From positions 880,499 through 944,498 of the forward strand of contig JBBPEB010000028.1 of assembly GCA_039096225.1 (NCBI GenBank): a stretch of 64,000 nucleotides of DNA, given 5' to 3'. The position numbers were made by a program, and so were the translations under genes. Positions 29,810 through 48,737 of the stretch are shown in pieces. Position 1 is the first letter of the stretch; each line of letters begins with the position of its first letter. Source of the stretch: Blastocystis sp. Blastoise. Taxonomy: Eukaryota; Protista; Bigyra: Opalinata. The notes under the pieces are model-generated. The model saw nothing but the letters and a program-made list of their open reading frames with translations. It made no database searches and was not told where the DNA came from.

Positions 29810-30625
29810 GGATGACGATTTATATATATGTCATGTTCAATTCTATATACATCCTTCGTCATTTATATATAAAGAGAAATATGGATCTAAAGAATATGAA
29901 ATAGGTATATATATATATTATATATTTTTTAAAAGTTATGATTCTCTTGATATTATATAATATAATAGATTCATAAATATAATAAACATAATAATTATAG
30001 TAAAATAAAAAAAATATATATAAAAATATAAACAGATATAATAATTCTAATAATATATAAACACATATAATAATTCTAATAATATATAAACAGACATAAT
30101 GATTATAATACTAAACACATATAATAATTATAATACTATATAAACAAATATAATGATTATAATACTATATAAACACATATAATAATTCTAATACTATATA
30201 GTAAATACAGAGTTAGTAGAGGCCATTCAGTTGTGTCCAGCTGTTCCTGTGTCGACTTATAATCGAAGTACTCATCTATATATATATAGAGAAACCATTA
30301 AACATATATCAAATCATATATTTCTATATTTAGAATGGAATAAAAACGATATATTTATATCCTTTATTATATTATGTTTTATCTATATATAATAGAATAT
30401 ATACTATTCTATTTATATACATGTATATCTTTTGCATATAAATAAGATCTATTTCTTGTAGTAACAAAATATATTTTGATTTATATATATATATTATATT
30501 ATTCTTTAATTGTTAACAATTGTCATTATTTGATACGTCCTGATTCAGATATATATATGAATATATATAAACAGGAACATTATGACATGGAAGAAGAAGA
30601 ATGGACTGATATCAAAGAATCATAG
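28921..30625 (+). CDS. RDM1: RAD52 motif-containing protein 1 (RDM1)-like: RRM plus RD motif
   Basis: [57 protein letters not shown]. Compare RDM1 FSQFGLLY, YAVIKFYSARAA and LANYYFGFNGxSKRII. Confidence 0.75.
30357..30517 (+). other. U12-type AT-AC intron in RDM1
   Basis: Donor ATATCCTTT is the U12 consensus; branch-like TTCTTTAAT; acceptor TTAAC|. Phase-0 join DIF|NCH runs to the stop at 30625. Confidence 0.88.
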
Positions 30626-31087
30626 TAAATAAATGAATAAATGAATAAATAATTAAATAAATGAATAAGTAAATAAATGAATGAATAAATAAATAAATGA
30701 ATAAATGAATAAATAAATAAATAATTAAATAAATAAAATATTGTTATGTGTTTTGTTTATAAATTATAGAAAAGAATATTATCTATAATACGTCAATAAT
30801 AGAGTTGAAACATAAATTCACTATTTATATATAATATAGAAAAGTTAAAAATATAAGTTTATTAGTGCAAATATAGGTGTTTTGGTTGTATATACGAACA
30901 AAGCAAAAAGTATATAGCGATAATATAATATAGTACAGCTCATAGAAATGAAAGCAATAAAGACTCGAAAATAGAAGCACAAAAAAAATAATTATATACA
31001 CATTATTGAAAAATAAAACAAGTTTATAATATATACACATAGGGAGAAAAAAGAAAAGACAAATATATATATATATATATATAAGAG

Positions 31088-31705
31088 TTATTTTGATATA
31101 TATTGTTTGAGGACATATACCCAGCTATTTGCATTTCCTTCCATATCAGAGAGATTTAATTTACTATTCTATATATATATATATAAGAAAATGATATATA
31201 ATGAATATTAAAATAAGAAAAAGAAAGAAATGATAAGTTATATAAATAAATAGATATATTTAACATAATCAATAAAAATAAACATAAAAATAAACTCAAA
31301 ATAAAAATAAAAATAAATATATAAATATAAATATACGTCTCTATTTGGTTGAGGAATAAGTTCAATAGTGAATTTCGATTTACTATATATAGCTATTTTA
31401 AGAACAGTCGATAGAGAAATCTCTTGAATAACTTGATATGTATTTATATCTATAACTAAAACACGACCTAAATCTGTTAATAATAACTATATATATATAT
31501 TCTTATTTTTATAAACAAAGATATTATTAAATTTTTTTATTTAATAATATAAATAAAAAAAAAAACAAATAATAATGATGATTATAAATATATATATACA
31601 TGTATTTTTCTAGAGGATGTAAATAGACCTCTTTTTAATTTACAAATCGATGTTTTTACAATAGTCTCATTCGATTGAAGAAATTTACTTAATGGACTTG
31701 CTGAT

Positions 31706-31763
<58 letters not shown>

Positions 31764-31975
31764 TCATCGTCAGAATTTATATCCAAGTCATTTTCTTTAT
31801 CTTCAAAATTTTTCTATATATATAAATAAATAATAAATAATAAATAATAAAATAGTTATATATACCATAATAAGTTGAAGTGATTCTACTTTTGGTTTAA
31901 ATGGCGCGGGAGAAGCAGAAATGGAGGGAAAATCAATAGAAGCAAAGAATGGATGTGCCTATATAAATAAATATA

Positions 31976-32031
<56 letters not shown>

Positions 32032-32679
32032 AATAAATATATAAATAAATATATAAATAAATACATAAATAAATAAATAAATAAAATACAAAAATAAATA
32101 AATAAATAAAATACAAAAATAAATAAATAAATAATAATAATAATTAATATTTAATATATATATACGAATATTTGTGTATAGGAAGGAGATTGCCCGGGTT
32201 CGTTCAGTAGTCGGTCTTCTTCTTTAGATTGGAGGAATATACATAACAAAGACTATATAATAACATTAACAATAATATATATACATAATACATATATATG
32301 CTCTGCTAGACGAAATTAAAAATATATATTTATATAATAAAGATTATATATATATATTAATCCAATTGTTTATATAATTAGAAGACAAAAAATAATATAA
32401 AAATATACATAAAGTTCTTTACTCATATTTTCCCGCGGTAAATCACTAACTTTAAATTCTTCAATTTTATTAAAAATAATATAACTATATATATATATAT
32501 ATATATATATAATTATATGAAAATACTCTGAGTCTCCTATAAATAAGAGATGGCCATAAAACATGTAATAAATCATACAACCAACAGCCCATATATCACT
32601 ATATATATATGCACCTTTATCATCTAATACCTATATATATATAATTAAGATATAAAAATATATTAAGATATATATATAG

Positions 32680-32721
<42 letters not shown>

Positions 32722-32852
32722 CTATATACTTCAGGAGATACATAATTAGCAGTTCCACAAAAAGTATTCGACCTTTGACGAGGCACTTCTTTCCCCGCGG
32801 GAATATCTGATGTTTCAGAAGACGGTTGATTAAGAGTCATTTTATCAGGACC

Positions 32853-32891
<39 letters not shown>

Positions 32892-33794
32892 CATAAAGAA
32901 TTAATATATATATATATTATATATATAACTACCAATATATTTTGCAGTACCAAAATCTGTAAGTTTTACATGTCCTGATTCAGTAAGTAATATATTTTCA
33001 GGTTTTATATCTCTATGAATATAATGTGATGTTAAATGCATATATTCTAAAGCTAGAAGAACCTAGAGAATATATATATAGTTCATATAAATAAAAAAAA
33101 AAACACTAGTATACATAAATTAATTAATTTTATTAAATAATAACTATAAATAATAAATATAAATAACATATCTAAATATACTTCTGCAATATAAAATCTT
33201 ATAATAGATTCAGGACACCCTCGATCTTTTATTCCTTTTTCTTCATTCTTTTCTACAAAATATCTATATAAAAAGAAAAGTATTTAAGATTTCATAATAG
33301 AAAGAATAGATCACATACTCTACCATTTTAACAAGACTTCCACGACATAGTTCCTCCACAAAATATAAGGATTCTTTATCCTATAAAAATAAATAAATAC
33401 TTAAAAATAATGTTTTTGAATAGAAAACGAGACAATTGAAATACAATATATACCTGAAACGTATAGTAGAGTTTAATAATCAAAGGATGTCTCATAACAG
33501 CAAGAGCATTCTTCTCATTCATAACAAATTGTATTTTACCTTCCTAAATAAATACATAAATAAAACATTACTGAAATCTATATTTCAAGAAATGCATACT
33601 CTTGCAATAAATGCCTTTTTCATTGTCTTAATTGCAACATAATTCTCAGTATCACGCTTCTTGGCAAGTATAACGTTTCCATAAGCACCTTCTCCTAACG
33701 AAGGTCCAAGAACAAATTGACCAATATTGTTTTTCTAATAGTAGATTATGCATATATACATATTGATAAATATTAAAAAATAATATACATCCAT
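31088..33794 (-). CDS. PDPK1: 3-phosphoinositide-dependent protein kinase 1 (kinase plus C-terminal PH domain)
   Basis: [59 protein letters not shown]; PH domain KRGLF...LLLTD...W. Confidence 0.9.
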
Positions 33795-34190
33795 TCTACT
33801 CTACAATCTACGGATGAAAAAGGACAATATCAAACTGTGTTTTGATAACTTTTTAATACAATTCTTTATAAAAAATATTTTGTTAAAAGAGTATGTTTCT
33901 CTTACTTTTTTGAAAATTCCCATGATTACTTATTAATCTCTTCCTTGAATTGACTTTGATATCATCTACTCTGTATTTCATACATTTTAAATGAAAAAAA
34001 CAATTTTTCTCTGAATATTTAGTTCATAATCTTGATTAATCATATAATTAAAATTAAAGACGTCTGAAAATGATGGTCCAATTTTATTATGCGAAACGAA
34101 AAAATAAGCTCGATTTTACTATTTTTACTATTTAATTTTTATACTACTTAAGAGTGGATTTATTTGATTTCTTCTTCATGAATATATAAG

Positions 34191-35537
34191 ATGAGTGAGG
34201 GTAGTGAAAATGCATTTCTATTTTATGACAACGATAGTGTAGATTCTTATCATGCTGCATTTTGTAATCATTATTTAGGATGCTGAAGTGATAGAAGAAG
34301 GACAACAGCCTAGTGAAGATTTGTAAGATATCTTTCTTATCGTTTTATTAATTATCTATAGATTAGATATTCATTTTCCATTTCTTGACGGGGATCCAGA
34401 GCTTTCAGAGCCTTCTATACATAAAGAGAAAGAACCCTGTTTATTCTCACAGACATCAAACATCCTTGTATGTTTATATATTATAATTATTGCATATTTT
34501 TTATAGATGAGAATAGATATGTACAAAACTTTACTTGAGAATATTAAAAATAAGCAATATAATAATAATGAAAATTTATATATCCCAAATTCATTTGTTT
34601 ATAAGAATATTCCTTCAGAAACACCAGATCCAAATCATATTAATGACGATTTTGCGGAATATGTATATATATGTTAATTTGTTTTTTTGATTTATTAATT
34701 TATAATTAATTTTTTTATATGATTTATATATATGTTAATTTATATATTAATTCATTTATATATTAATTCATTTATATATTAATTTATACATTTTTTTGAT
34801 TAAGAAAATATAAAAGTTCATTATAGTATAATATATATATAGTACATTTCAAAATGTATAATATATACGTTGTTACAATCGGGGATACGTATAATAGATG
34901 AAGAAACATTTAATTATTTAAAAGTATTATATAAACAATATATATATAAACAAGGAGAAAGAATTGCAACATATAAAAATTTCTCATTTTCTTCTTCTTC
35001 TTCTTCTACTACTAAATACTCTTCTTCTGCGTCTACTGATTCTTCTCGAACTAATTCATGTTTTCGAGATATAAATATATACTCAAAAGATAATACTGAA
35101 GATGGTTCTATCGTATATATTATTATTCATATACTTTTTTTAATGAATCAATTTCAGTTTGTTTTTCTATTAATTCATGAATATATTTAGTTATTTTTAT
35201 TATATACGTTTTTATTCATTATTCTCTGATATATAAATGTATATATAATAGAATATAATAATAATAATAATAATGATAATTATATATATATAGACAAATG
35301 ATAGTATGTTGATATCAACGTTATTAGCTCAAACGGGGTCAACTCCTTATCGATTATTAGCCTATCTTTCTAGAGCATATAAATATTGTTATCAACTGAA
35401 AGAAGTAGAAATTGAATTATTATCAGTATATTCAAATTATATTCATTCTAATTCATTAAGTAATACTAATGAAGGTACTGTATCTAATGTACCTACTACA
35501 CTAGCTACTATTGATGATACTACTACTAGTAATAAAG

Positions 35538-35575
<38 letters not shown>

Positions 35576-35627
35576 GATAATAATAAAGATAATAATAAAG
35601 ATAATAATAAAGATAATAATATCTCAG

Positions 35628-35660
<33 letters not shown>

Positions 35661-36211
35661 TTGATATGTTGACATCAAAAGATTCTTCTTCTTCTTCTTC
35701 TGCTTTATCATTAACATCTTCATATACATATATACCTATTGATTTTAATGATATATATTCAAAAGGAGGATTTAAGAACTATTCAGAATTATTAATAGGG
35801 GGAGGAATTGGAGTATATATATATATATATCATAATATTATTATTCCTTATTATATATATATATATCATAATATTATTATTCCTTATTATATATATATAT
35901 AGAATGATATTACAATGCTTCCTGTTACAGAAATAAATGATGATATAAAATCAATACAAGAATCAATAGATTCTAATCCTTCATATAAATCGGATGCTAG
36001 TTATTATTTAGATAGACCCAATATAAAGAAGATTCTAGATACTTATATATCTACTATTTATCCATCAATGATTAGCATACCTCAAATAGATAAAAAAGAT
36101 AGTATTAAATTAAGAACAAAAAGAAAAGTTACTTTAAATATTAATGAAAAAATATCTGCTTCAGATTTATTAATACCAACACTTAAAACGAAAAGAACTA
36201 AATTAACATAA
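34191..36211 (+). CDS. Hypothetical protein, possibly an SPT7/SUPT7L-like histone-fold SAGA subunit
   Basis: Seven exons splice in frame. ISKCIIYTLLQSGI...FNYLKVLYKQYIYKQG and LLAQTG...LLAYL...Y...L resemble the Spt7 histone fold; family call tentative. Confidence 0.5.
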
Positions 36212-36987
36212 TTATTATTCTTTTTTTTTTTTGGTTTTTAAGATTCTTTCAATATCTATATTCGTTTATAATGAATTAATATTTTTTTTATCTTTTCTAA
36301 TTCTAAATTGTTTTTCTCTTTTTTCAATTCATTTTTTTTCATAGTTTCTAATGTATCCTCTATTTTTGAAGTTTTTATTTTCTTTTTATTTTCTTTGTTA
36401 TTCTTTTTTCTTGTTTTTTCATCAAATTATTATTATTTTTTTTGCTTTTCTTTTTTTCCTATTTCTTTCATTTTATATATATCTTATTGCTATATACTTT
36501 CGGTCTCAACTTGCTTTTTTTATTTTCTATATTAATAGTTGCATTATTTTAAAGTTATCTTTTTTTTTAAATAGTTTTCAAAAATTTATTTTCTTTCAAA
36601 ATTATCTTAAAGAATACATTTTTTCATTATTTATAGATTTATATATATATAAATTATTTTAATGACTCTTTTGAAATAAAATTATAATTAAAAAAATAAA
36701 TATTTTATTCTTTTTGATTCTATACATGAATTATATATATTATTAACACATTCAAAAATTATAATTTAATAAAAGCATACATTATGTTTTAAAGAATATC
36801 TATTATGTAAGAGAAATATCTATTGAAAAATATTATAATATGATAGTATAGTGAATAAGTAATAATTAGTTCTAGAAGAATGAAATATACAACAAAAAAC
36901 ACAATAATTAGACTATTACCAATTCATAAAGAACACAATGTTTTATACAAAGAAACAAAATATAGAAAAACAACATACTAAGAATTC

Positions 36988-40503
<3,516 letters not shown>

Positions 40504-40684
40504 TGCGTAAAGTTTTTATTAATAAAAATAATAATTTAAAAAAAAAACCTGGAAATAGTATTGAGAATGATTCAGAATTTGAATTAATACATGGGAATTC
40601 TCGTTATTTAAGTTCACGAAAAAGGTGCCAAAAATATTTTTTATATACATTTTCATTTGTATTGATTTATTGTGATATAGAAGC

Positions 40685-41729
40685 ATGACTACTGCACAAA
40701 GAGCTACATGGGTTCCTTCCGTAGGTATTTCAAATACTAATGGTGAAGTATTGAGTAGTGGATATTTTATTGGAGGTTCTCATAACTATCAAACCTCTTT
40801 TAGAGATATGCCAGCACATTTGAAAATGAAATATAGGTATTTTTTAAAAATTTAGATTAATTATTTATCATATAATATTATAATTTATCAAATATAGACA
40901 TATAGTTGCTAAGCCTGCCGTTCCTGAGTCTATACCCCAAAAAACAGAAGAAAAAAGTAATGAAATTGTTTATTTCTTTTTTTCTTTGTTATTTAATATT
41001 ATTTTCAAATTAATTATTTGTTGTATAGAAACTATTGATGAACTAAATAAGGATATCAAAGAACAAGATGATAAAATTGTCGTGATTCCTTCAACAAAAT
41101 CTAAATCAGAAGAACCAGAAACAAAGAAAGATGATAATTTTTCAGAATTCGATGATTCTGATGAAGATAGTGAGAAAGCATATCATTCTGATTCGTAAGT
41201 TAGTGTTATAATTATATATATATATATATTTATATATACTTTTTAAAATTTGTGTTTATAATTTTATGTTTAAAATGATATATATATAGAGATGATGATT
41301 CTGAAGATGAGGCAACATTATTACGTGCTGAACTTGAAAAAGTGAAAAAAGAAAAAGAACTCGAAAAGAAAAAAGAGGAAGAAGAAAAATTAAAGATGAA
41401 AGAAGCTCAAGAAAAAGAAAAGATATTACGTAAAAATGCTCTTATGTTTCAAGACGAACAAACTCCTATTAAGAGAAAGTATATATATATATATAATTAT
41501 ATAAGAAATATTATTTTTTATTATTATTATTTATTATTATTATTTTTTATGATTGTTTTTTGATTTCAAGAAAGATAATAATAATAATATATAACTATAT
41601 AACTATAGATGGAATGATGATGTTCCCTTTCGTAATCAGGGTAAAGAAATAAAGCATAAAAAGCGATTTATTAATGATACAATTCGAAATGATTTCCATC
41701 TTGCTTTTATGAAGAGATATATTCATTAA
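40685..41729 (+). CDS. CWC15: Pre-mRNA splicing factor CWC15
   Basis: MTTAQRATW, RDMPAHLKMKYR, LLRAELEKVKKE, WNDDVPFRNQ, FINDTIRNDFH. Confidence 0.95.
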
Positions 41730-42339
41730 ATATATTATTCTATATATACTCTTTATATTAATATTAAAAATATATATTAAATATTATATAATTCTTATTT
41801 CACTTTATATATATATTCTTCATTTCCTTTATTTGTGTTCTTGTAAGTATTTATTCAAGTGTTTTTTTTTTGAAGCTAAATAATCTAGTGAATATTACGA
41901 TCTATTTTTCATGTTTTTATGAATTAACTACTATGATTTGAATATATATATTTATATGTATTATAAAAACAATATCTCTTTAGTATATCTGTATAGAACC
42001 AATTATATATAAAGAATTATTTTTTAATTATTTAAAAATCACTATACATATACTCGTTAGAATTATACAAATGATGCCATATATATCAAAATATATACTA
42101 TTCTCAATGAGATATATAAAAAATATTTATATTACATACAATATAATAAATATTTAAAAAAAATAATTTAATTAATCTAAACATGTATAAAACGGAACAT
42201 TCATATATATTGAATGGACAAACAAATATATAAAAACAAAACAAGAATACAAGTATATAGACAAATAAAATAAGAAAATAATTCTATATAAAAATAAATA
42301 ATAAAAAAATTAGACAAAAAAAAATAAATAATTTTTATA

Positions 42340-43240
42340 TTATTCCTTTTTCTCTTTATTTGAAGTTGTATCAGAATTATTATTATTATTATTATTATTA
42401 TTAGTAGTAGTAGTAGTTTGAGCTTTAGAAGGAGTAGCATTAGGATCTCGTATATATCCATATTCATCTAATTCCTTTAATAAGACTTCATTGGCTCTAT
42501 ATATTTTAGATTGAAGATAAAATGAACCTCCATCCTTAGGGTCATTCGATGCAAACATCTTCTCATATACCTATATATATATATATATATAGATTATAGA
42601 ATAAGCTGAAAATAATAATTATTTAATCTATATTTTAAATAATAAAAAATGTATATATTTAATATATATATTCTAAATAATAAAAAAATAATAATTATTT
42701 GATTAATATTCTTAAAAATAACGAATAAAACAACATTAATAAATATATAAAAATATACTTGTGCTAATTTATCTCTAGTACATTCTTCTCGTTTTAAATT
42801 AACGATTTGTAAAGCTTCAGGAATAGGTACAGTGTTTTTGAGACTCATAGAGGGACTAGGAGCATCAACAGCATCTTCACCCTTAGCTATTTATAAAATT
42901 ATTATTATAAAATGATAATTTATACAAAAAAAAATTATTATTATATATAATTATCATCTTATATATAAATAAAAAGATTTTATATACCTGCTTGTTGTTG
43001 AAAAGCAGAAACAAAGGCACGGACAGTTGCAGAAAAAGTAGATCCAAATAATTGCATTGCAAGTCTTAGTATTCTACCCATAAAAAAACGTTTCTGAACA
43101 AGCATTTGGTTGTTTGATTGACTTACACGCGATAGTGAAGATTGCTGAGATGCTCTTAAAGCAGTGTAAAAGCATCTTGAATAAACTGGTTTGGTTTGAA
43201 TAGCTATTCTTGATACACTTCTAATAATAGGAACAAACAT
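42340..43240 (-). CDS. PAM16: Mitochondrial import motor subunit Pam16/Tim16 with a long N-terminal extension (3 exons)
   Basis: RAFVSAFQQ, EALQIVNL, YEKMFASNDPKDGGSFYLQSKIYRA. Confidence 0.93.
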
Positions 43241-43986
43241 GATATGAAAACCCTTAGTGAATAGAAACAAAAGACAAGAATTATTTTCCTTTAATTCTTT
43301 TCTAATTTTATTCCCAATGGAAATATTCAAAATTAACTATTGAGTGAAATAATATTTCTGGGAATATCTAAGGAGTTGAATAAGTAGTTTAATAATGATT
43401 TTGGTGTTATTAATTAATTTGAATTGACTGTGAATAAGATAATTAGGGCTCTATAAATATAAAAATAATATAATATAATGGAAAAAAAACAAAATATTAT
43501 TTGTTTTTTATTTCAAAGTGTTTTTTTGCCAATTATTATGAGCTCAATATGATGATAACACTATAAAATAATATATAAGTATGCGAATAAATGGTTTTAA
43601 TAGGTACATATTGCAATTTTCGTATTTTTTCTATAATATCGTTTCTTTCATGATAAGAATATTGAATATATCTATTTATTGATATTATACATCTTAACTC
43701 ATTTAAATGATCATAATATAGAATAAAAATCATCAAAATAATTAATTTATGACAAAAAAATCGTGTTTAAAAATGCAAATTCATTTCAATTAAATAATCC
43801 TATGTTCTATATATCATTTCTAAATGGTTTCTTTAAAATAATGAATATAACTCCTTCATCTTGTTGTTATTTGATATAGATATGGGATTTGAAAAAATCA
43901 CTATTCTAAAACTCGTTTCCCAAGGAAATTTAAACAATCTTTTCATTTTGTTTATTTTTTATTATTGTTGACTCACTATTTGATAA

Positions 43987-44753
43987 ATGAAGGCTAGAAA
44001 AGTTGCTGAAGCTGAGGAGAACCTTGAAAAGGCTGAGAAAGCTATGAAAACAAGTTTCTTTAAACGAAAGCCAGATAATCATACTGCTGCCTTAGCTTAT
44101 TACGATGCTGGTCAGTGTTATTATGTTGCAGAAGATCTTGATAATGCGATTGCTTGTTATGAGAAGAGTGCTGAGCTTGATGAAGAACTTGATCTTCCTT
44201 TAACATCTGCTCAAAAACTAGAAAAATGCGCATTATTAACAATTCAAAAACGTGAAAAAGGTTGTGAATCTGTTGCTGCTGATTATTATTCGCGTGCTTC
44301 TTATACGTATTTAATGGGATCCGAATTAAGTCATGCTGCTGAGTGTCTTACTAAAGCTGCTAAGTATATATATATCTATTTTTTAAATTTTTATTTATGT
44401 GTATATTGTTTTGTGTATATTAATATCTTTTTTTTCTTTTAATATTATTGTTTATATATATATATATATAGAAGTGTAGAAAAAGTATCTCCTGAAGGAT
44501 CTCTTCATTATTGGATTAAAGCTTGTAATCTCATGGTTGTATATATATATATATATATATATCTAGTATATTATTATGATTATAATAGATATTATATATA
44601 TATATAGAATTATGATCATGATGATTTTGCTGCAGACACATTTAAAAATACACTTAATAATCTCATTAAAATAGGAAGGTATATATGCTATATTTTTTTA
44701 TTTAATATTTTTAAAAATTTTTTTTAATGTTATATTTAATGTTTTATTTAATG

Positions 44754-44791
<38 letters not shown>

Positions 44792-44896
44792 TTCGAAGTG
44801 CTATTTGTTTCCTTCAAAGAATGGTCACTCTTTTCAGAAAAATACAACAAGACCATAATGTGTATAAATATTATATATATATTTATATATATCTAT

Positions 44897-44932
<36 letters not shown>

Positions 44933-45021
44933 AGTTATAAGTGTTATTTGTCTATTGTAGTATTAGCTCTTGGATGTGGTGATGTTGCTCTTGCTAAAGA
45001 ACAATTTAATATTCATTTACA

Positions 45022-45071
<50 letters not shown>

Positions 45072-45126
45072 TTATATATATAGAGATGCTGGTTATCTTC
45101 GATCTGAAGAAATTGCCCCTGCTGAA

Positions 45127-45181
<55 letters not shown>

Positions 45182-45370
45182 GGATATTATTCATGTATAC
45201 GAAGAATTCGATGAAGATGGTCTTCAAGCACTTCAAGAAACACAAAAATTTAATTATGTTGAACAACAAGTGAATCGTGTAGCTAAGATGATTCGTATTG
45301 GTCAGATGGTACCCATATATAGAAAAGAAGCCGATATACTTATTCAAGAAGCTAAAGGAGAAGATGTTCA

Positions 45371-45415
<45 letters not shown>

Positions 45416-45465
45416 GAATTGATAGTGATGAAGGATTATTAGAAAAACCCCAACAAGCTATGCAA

Positions 45466-45540
<75 letters not shown>

Positions 45541-45785
45541 TGCCTAAGCCAAAGCCTGTTACTCCTGTTTCTGCTAAAGTTACTCCTGTTACTATTCCTG
45601 CTCCTACTCCTGAAAAACCAAAAGAAGAAGTGTCTAAACCTGTTGAGAAGCCTATTCCCGTAGAAGAACCTGCTGTTGTTCCTAAAGTCGAAGAAATTTC
45701 TACTGTTCCTGAAATAGCAGAAGAATTTGATTTAGAAAAATTAGGTGATGAAGAAAAGAAAGAAGAAAAGAAAGAAGAAAAGAAA

Positions 45786-45826
<41 letters not shown>

Positions 45827-45918
45827 ATTATATATATATAATGTTATTTCATTATAGCAAGATATTATGGCTGATTATTTGAATCAAATTGAACAAAATG
45901 TATATATATATATATATG

Positions 45919-45949
<31 letters not shown>

Positions 45950-46001
45950 CATATTATGCTTAAATATTTCTATATAGGCTGATGAATTTGATTTATGTTA
46001 A
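43987..46001 (+). CDS. NAPG: Gamma-soluble NSF attachment protein
   Basis: [40 protein letters not shown]-terminal DLC*. All introns canonical. Confidence 0.88.
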
Positions 46002-46301
46002 ATATTTCATTTTATATATTTTTATGTATTTATTTGTATTTTAATAAACTAATATCTTTTCATTTATGCAGTTTTATTTGTTTTGTTTGAAATACTTGGA
46101 AAATCATTAATTACTTTTTGTTATAATATAGCATTATAACTATATAACATCTAAAATAACACATGATATAAAAAAATTATATATTTTTATTTATATATAC
46201 ATAAAATTAATCTCATATATATATTATATATAATTGAATCACAATTATATATTATTATTTAAATATAAAACAAAACAATAACAAATATAAAATAAAAACT
46301 T

Positions 46302-47987
46302 TTATGTACTTTTGTTGTTAAAATAATCTGCTAAATAGTTCAATGGTTCGAATTTAGGATTCCATTCTTCATCGTCATCAATGAAGTAATCATTAATATC
46401 TATAGGAGTATTTTTAGATGTATTTTGATTAGTATAATGAATACTCTTATTTATATTATTATCATTCATAATAATCTTTTCTTTATTATCCTTTTCAATA
46501 ATTTTTTCTTTATTTTCATTTTTACCCTCAATACAAGTATTAGCATCATGTTTCTTTTGATCTGTTTCATCTATTCTCCTAATATAATCCTGAAAATATA
46601 CTCTTTCAGCTTCTAATTTACTTGGTTTTAACATTTGTTTTTGACTCAAAAGACGTTCAAGTCTTTGTATATATGGAGATACACTAGATGAAAGACAAAT
46701 ATTTTTTTTATTATTTATATTATTATTTTTATTATCATATGTATATTTTGATATAGTATTTATAGTAGGACGAGGACCTAAACCTTGTTTCTGAATACCA
46801 TTCTTCATAAATATATTAATTTTCATAAAATCAGGATGTGAAGATTTGTGACTTTCTTTTAATAGATTATTTTTATTATTAGAATTGATAGAATTCTTAT
46901 TTATAGTAGCATTTCTAGGATCTATTTTTGTTTGTTTTATAGATATTTCCGTTAGAACATCTTTAGAAGAAGAAGATGAAGATGAAGATGATGGAATTAA
47001 TGTAGTATTCCTATCCTTTTCATTTATATTATTATTATTTATATGAAGACTTGAACCATTATGATTAACAATAGTATCCTTATATATAGATTCTTTTTCA
47101 TCTATTGAAGATTTCTCAATAGGTATATCTATAGTATTATTCTTCTTTATATTTGACTGTATAGCTGTTTTAACTATTTGTGAATTATTTTTATTCTTAT
47201 TTTCTAATGAATTAATACTATCATTATTATTTATATTATTATTATTATTTAATGTTATAGTTTGAGGTTCATGATTTTTTTCTTCTTCATTTATTGGCTG
47301 TGCAATTATAGATAATTTAGATTGTTCTTCATTGTCAATATGCTTCAAATGAATATCATTTATATCATTTATAATTTCTGTATTACTTAATGAATTATTA
47401 TCTTTCATTAGATTATCTTTCATCATATTATCTTTCATCACATTATCTTTCATCATATTATCTTTCATTATATTATCTTTCATTAGATTATCTTTGTTTG
47501 TATTATCTTTGTTTGTATTATCTTTCCTTGACAATTTAATTTTGTCTGACACATAAAAGGCATTATTAGGTTGTGATTCTGTTTCAACAATTCGTTCTGT
47601 TTGATTATCAAAATTTATTTGAGAATTATCACATGAGAAAGATTGAATATCTAACATATTAATATTATCTTTAATATCACATTTCTTATTAATTTCATAT
47701 TTATTATGATTTTCATTAGAAATAGTCCAAGAAGGTAATTTATCATACAATTTATTATTCCAAGTCAACTGTTTATAGTAAGAATTCGATTTCTTTGAAG
47801 AGTTTCTTGATGTAGAATTATTATTATGTTTAGAATAATTAATGTGATTATATGGTGAGAAAGAACACTTAGGAAAATGTCTAGAGAGAGGAGAGTGAAA
47901 TAGTGAATGAATAGGATAATGTAATTTTGTTAAAAATAACATTTGTTGAGGATTTGCATAGATAAAAGAACCTTCTTTATAATTAGG

Positions 47988-48020
<33 letters not shown>

Positions 48021-48737
48021 TGACATTTTTAAAAACTTATAATAATTATATATAATAAAATAAAAAAACATATAATTATAATTGTATTTAAAAATATATA
48101 TTTTTAATATTAAATATAATAATAATATAATTTTAATAAATAAAAAATAAATACAATCAAATAAATAATAAATAAATATGAAAAATACTTTTTTACGTTT
48201 TAGTGCTTTACAAATCAAAATAGTAGTATACTCAGTAAAACCTGATTCTCGAGCTTCATCAAATATATATAAAAAAGAATCAGCCAACTTATCTAATGTA
48301 TTTTCAATGACTTCAGGATTATCAGAATCTTCAGAACATAAAAGGGCAAAATCAAGTTCTTCTAATAATTCAAATTGAACAATTCTCTTTAAAATATCAA
48401 TAGAACTGATGTCTCTAGCATTCCATGTCTCTTTATCACTAATTATAAATATATCATGAGGTTCTCCAGGATAATCAACACCATATGTATATAATTCATC
48501 AGTAGGTTGTAATGTAATTAACGTAGGAGTATTTGCAACATAAACCCATCTAAATCTTGCAGTTAAAGAAGCTAATTAAAAATAAAAATGGCCAAAAATG
48601 AAGAGTTAAATACAGAAATATCTTGCTTTTTGTTCGTCAAATACTGGACTAGGGTCATTTTCAAGAAAATATTCATAATATTGATGACAATTAAGATCAA
48701 CCATACTATCATAATCTAATTTCTCCTGCTCAGACAT
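46302..48737 (-). CDS. Hypothetical protein: globular N-terminus of about 170 aa plus a long Asn-rich tail (3 exons)
   Basis: In-frame splicing from MSEQEKLDY into the 546-aa ORF; KDNxM pentapeptide repeats; no family recognised. Confidence 0.7.

Noticed and set aside
32590-32612. GC(AT)nAG stretch in PDK1 as a micro-intron
   Set aside because: It reads in frame as GAYIYSDIW with correct kinase subdomain spacing, so it is coding.
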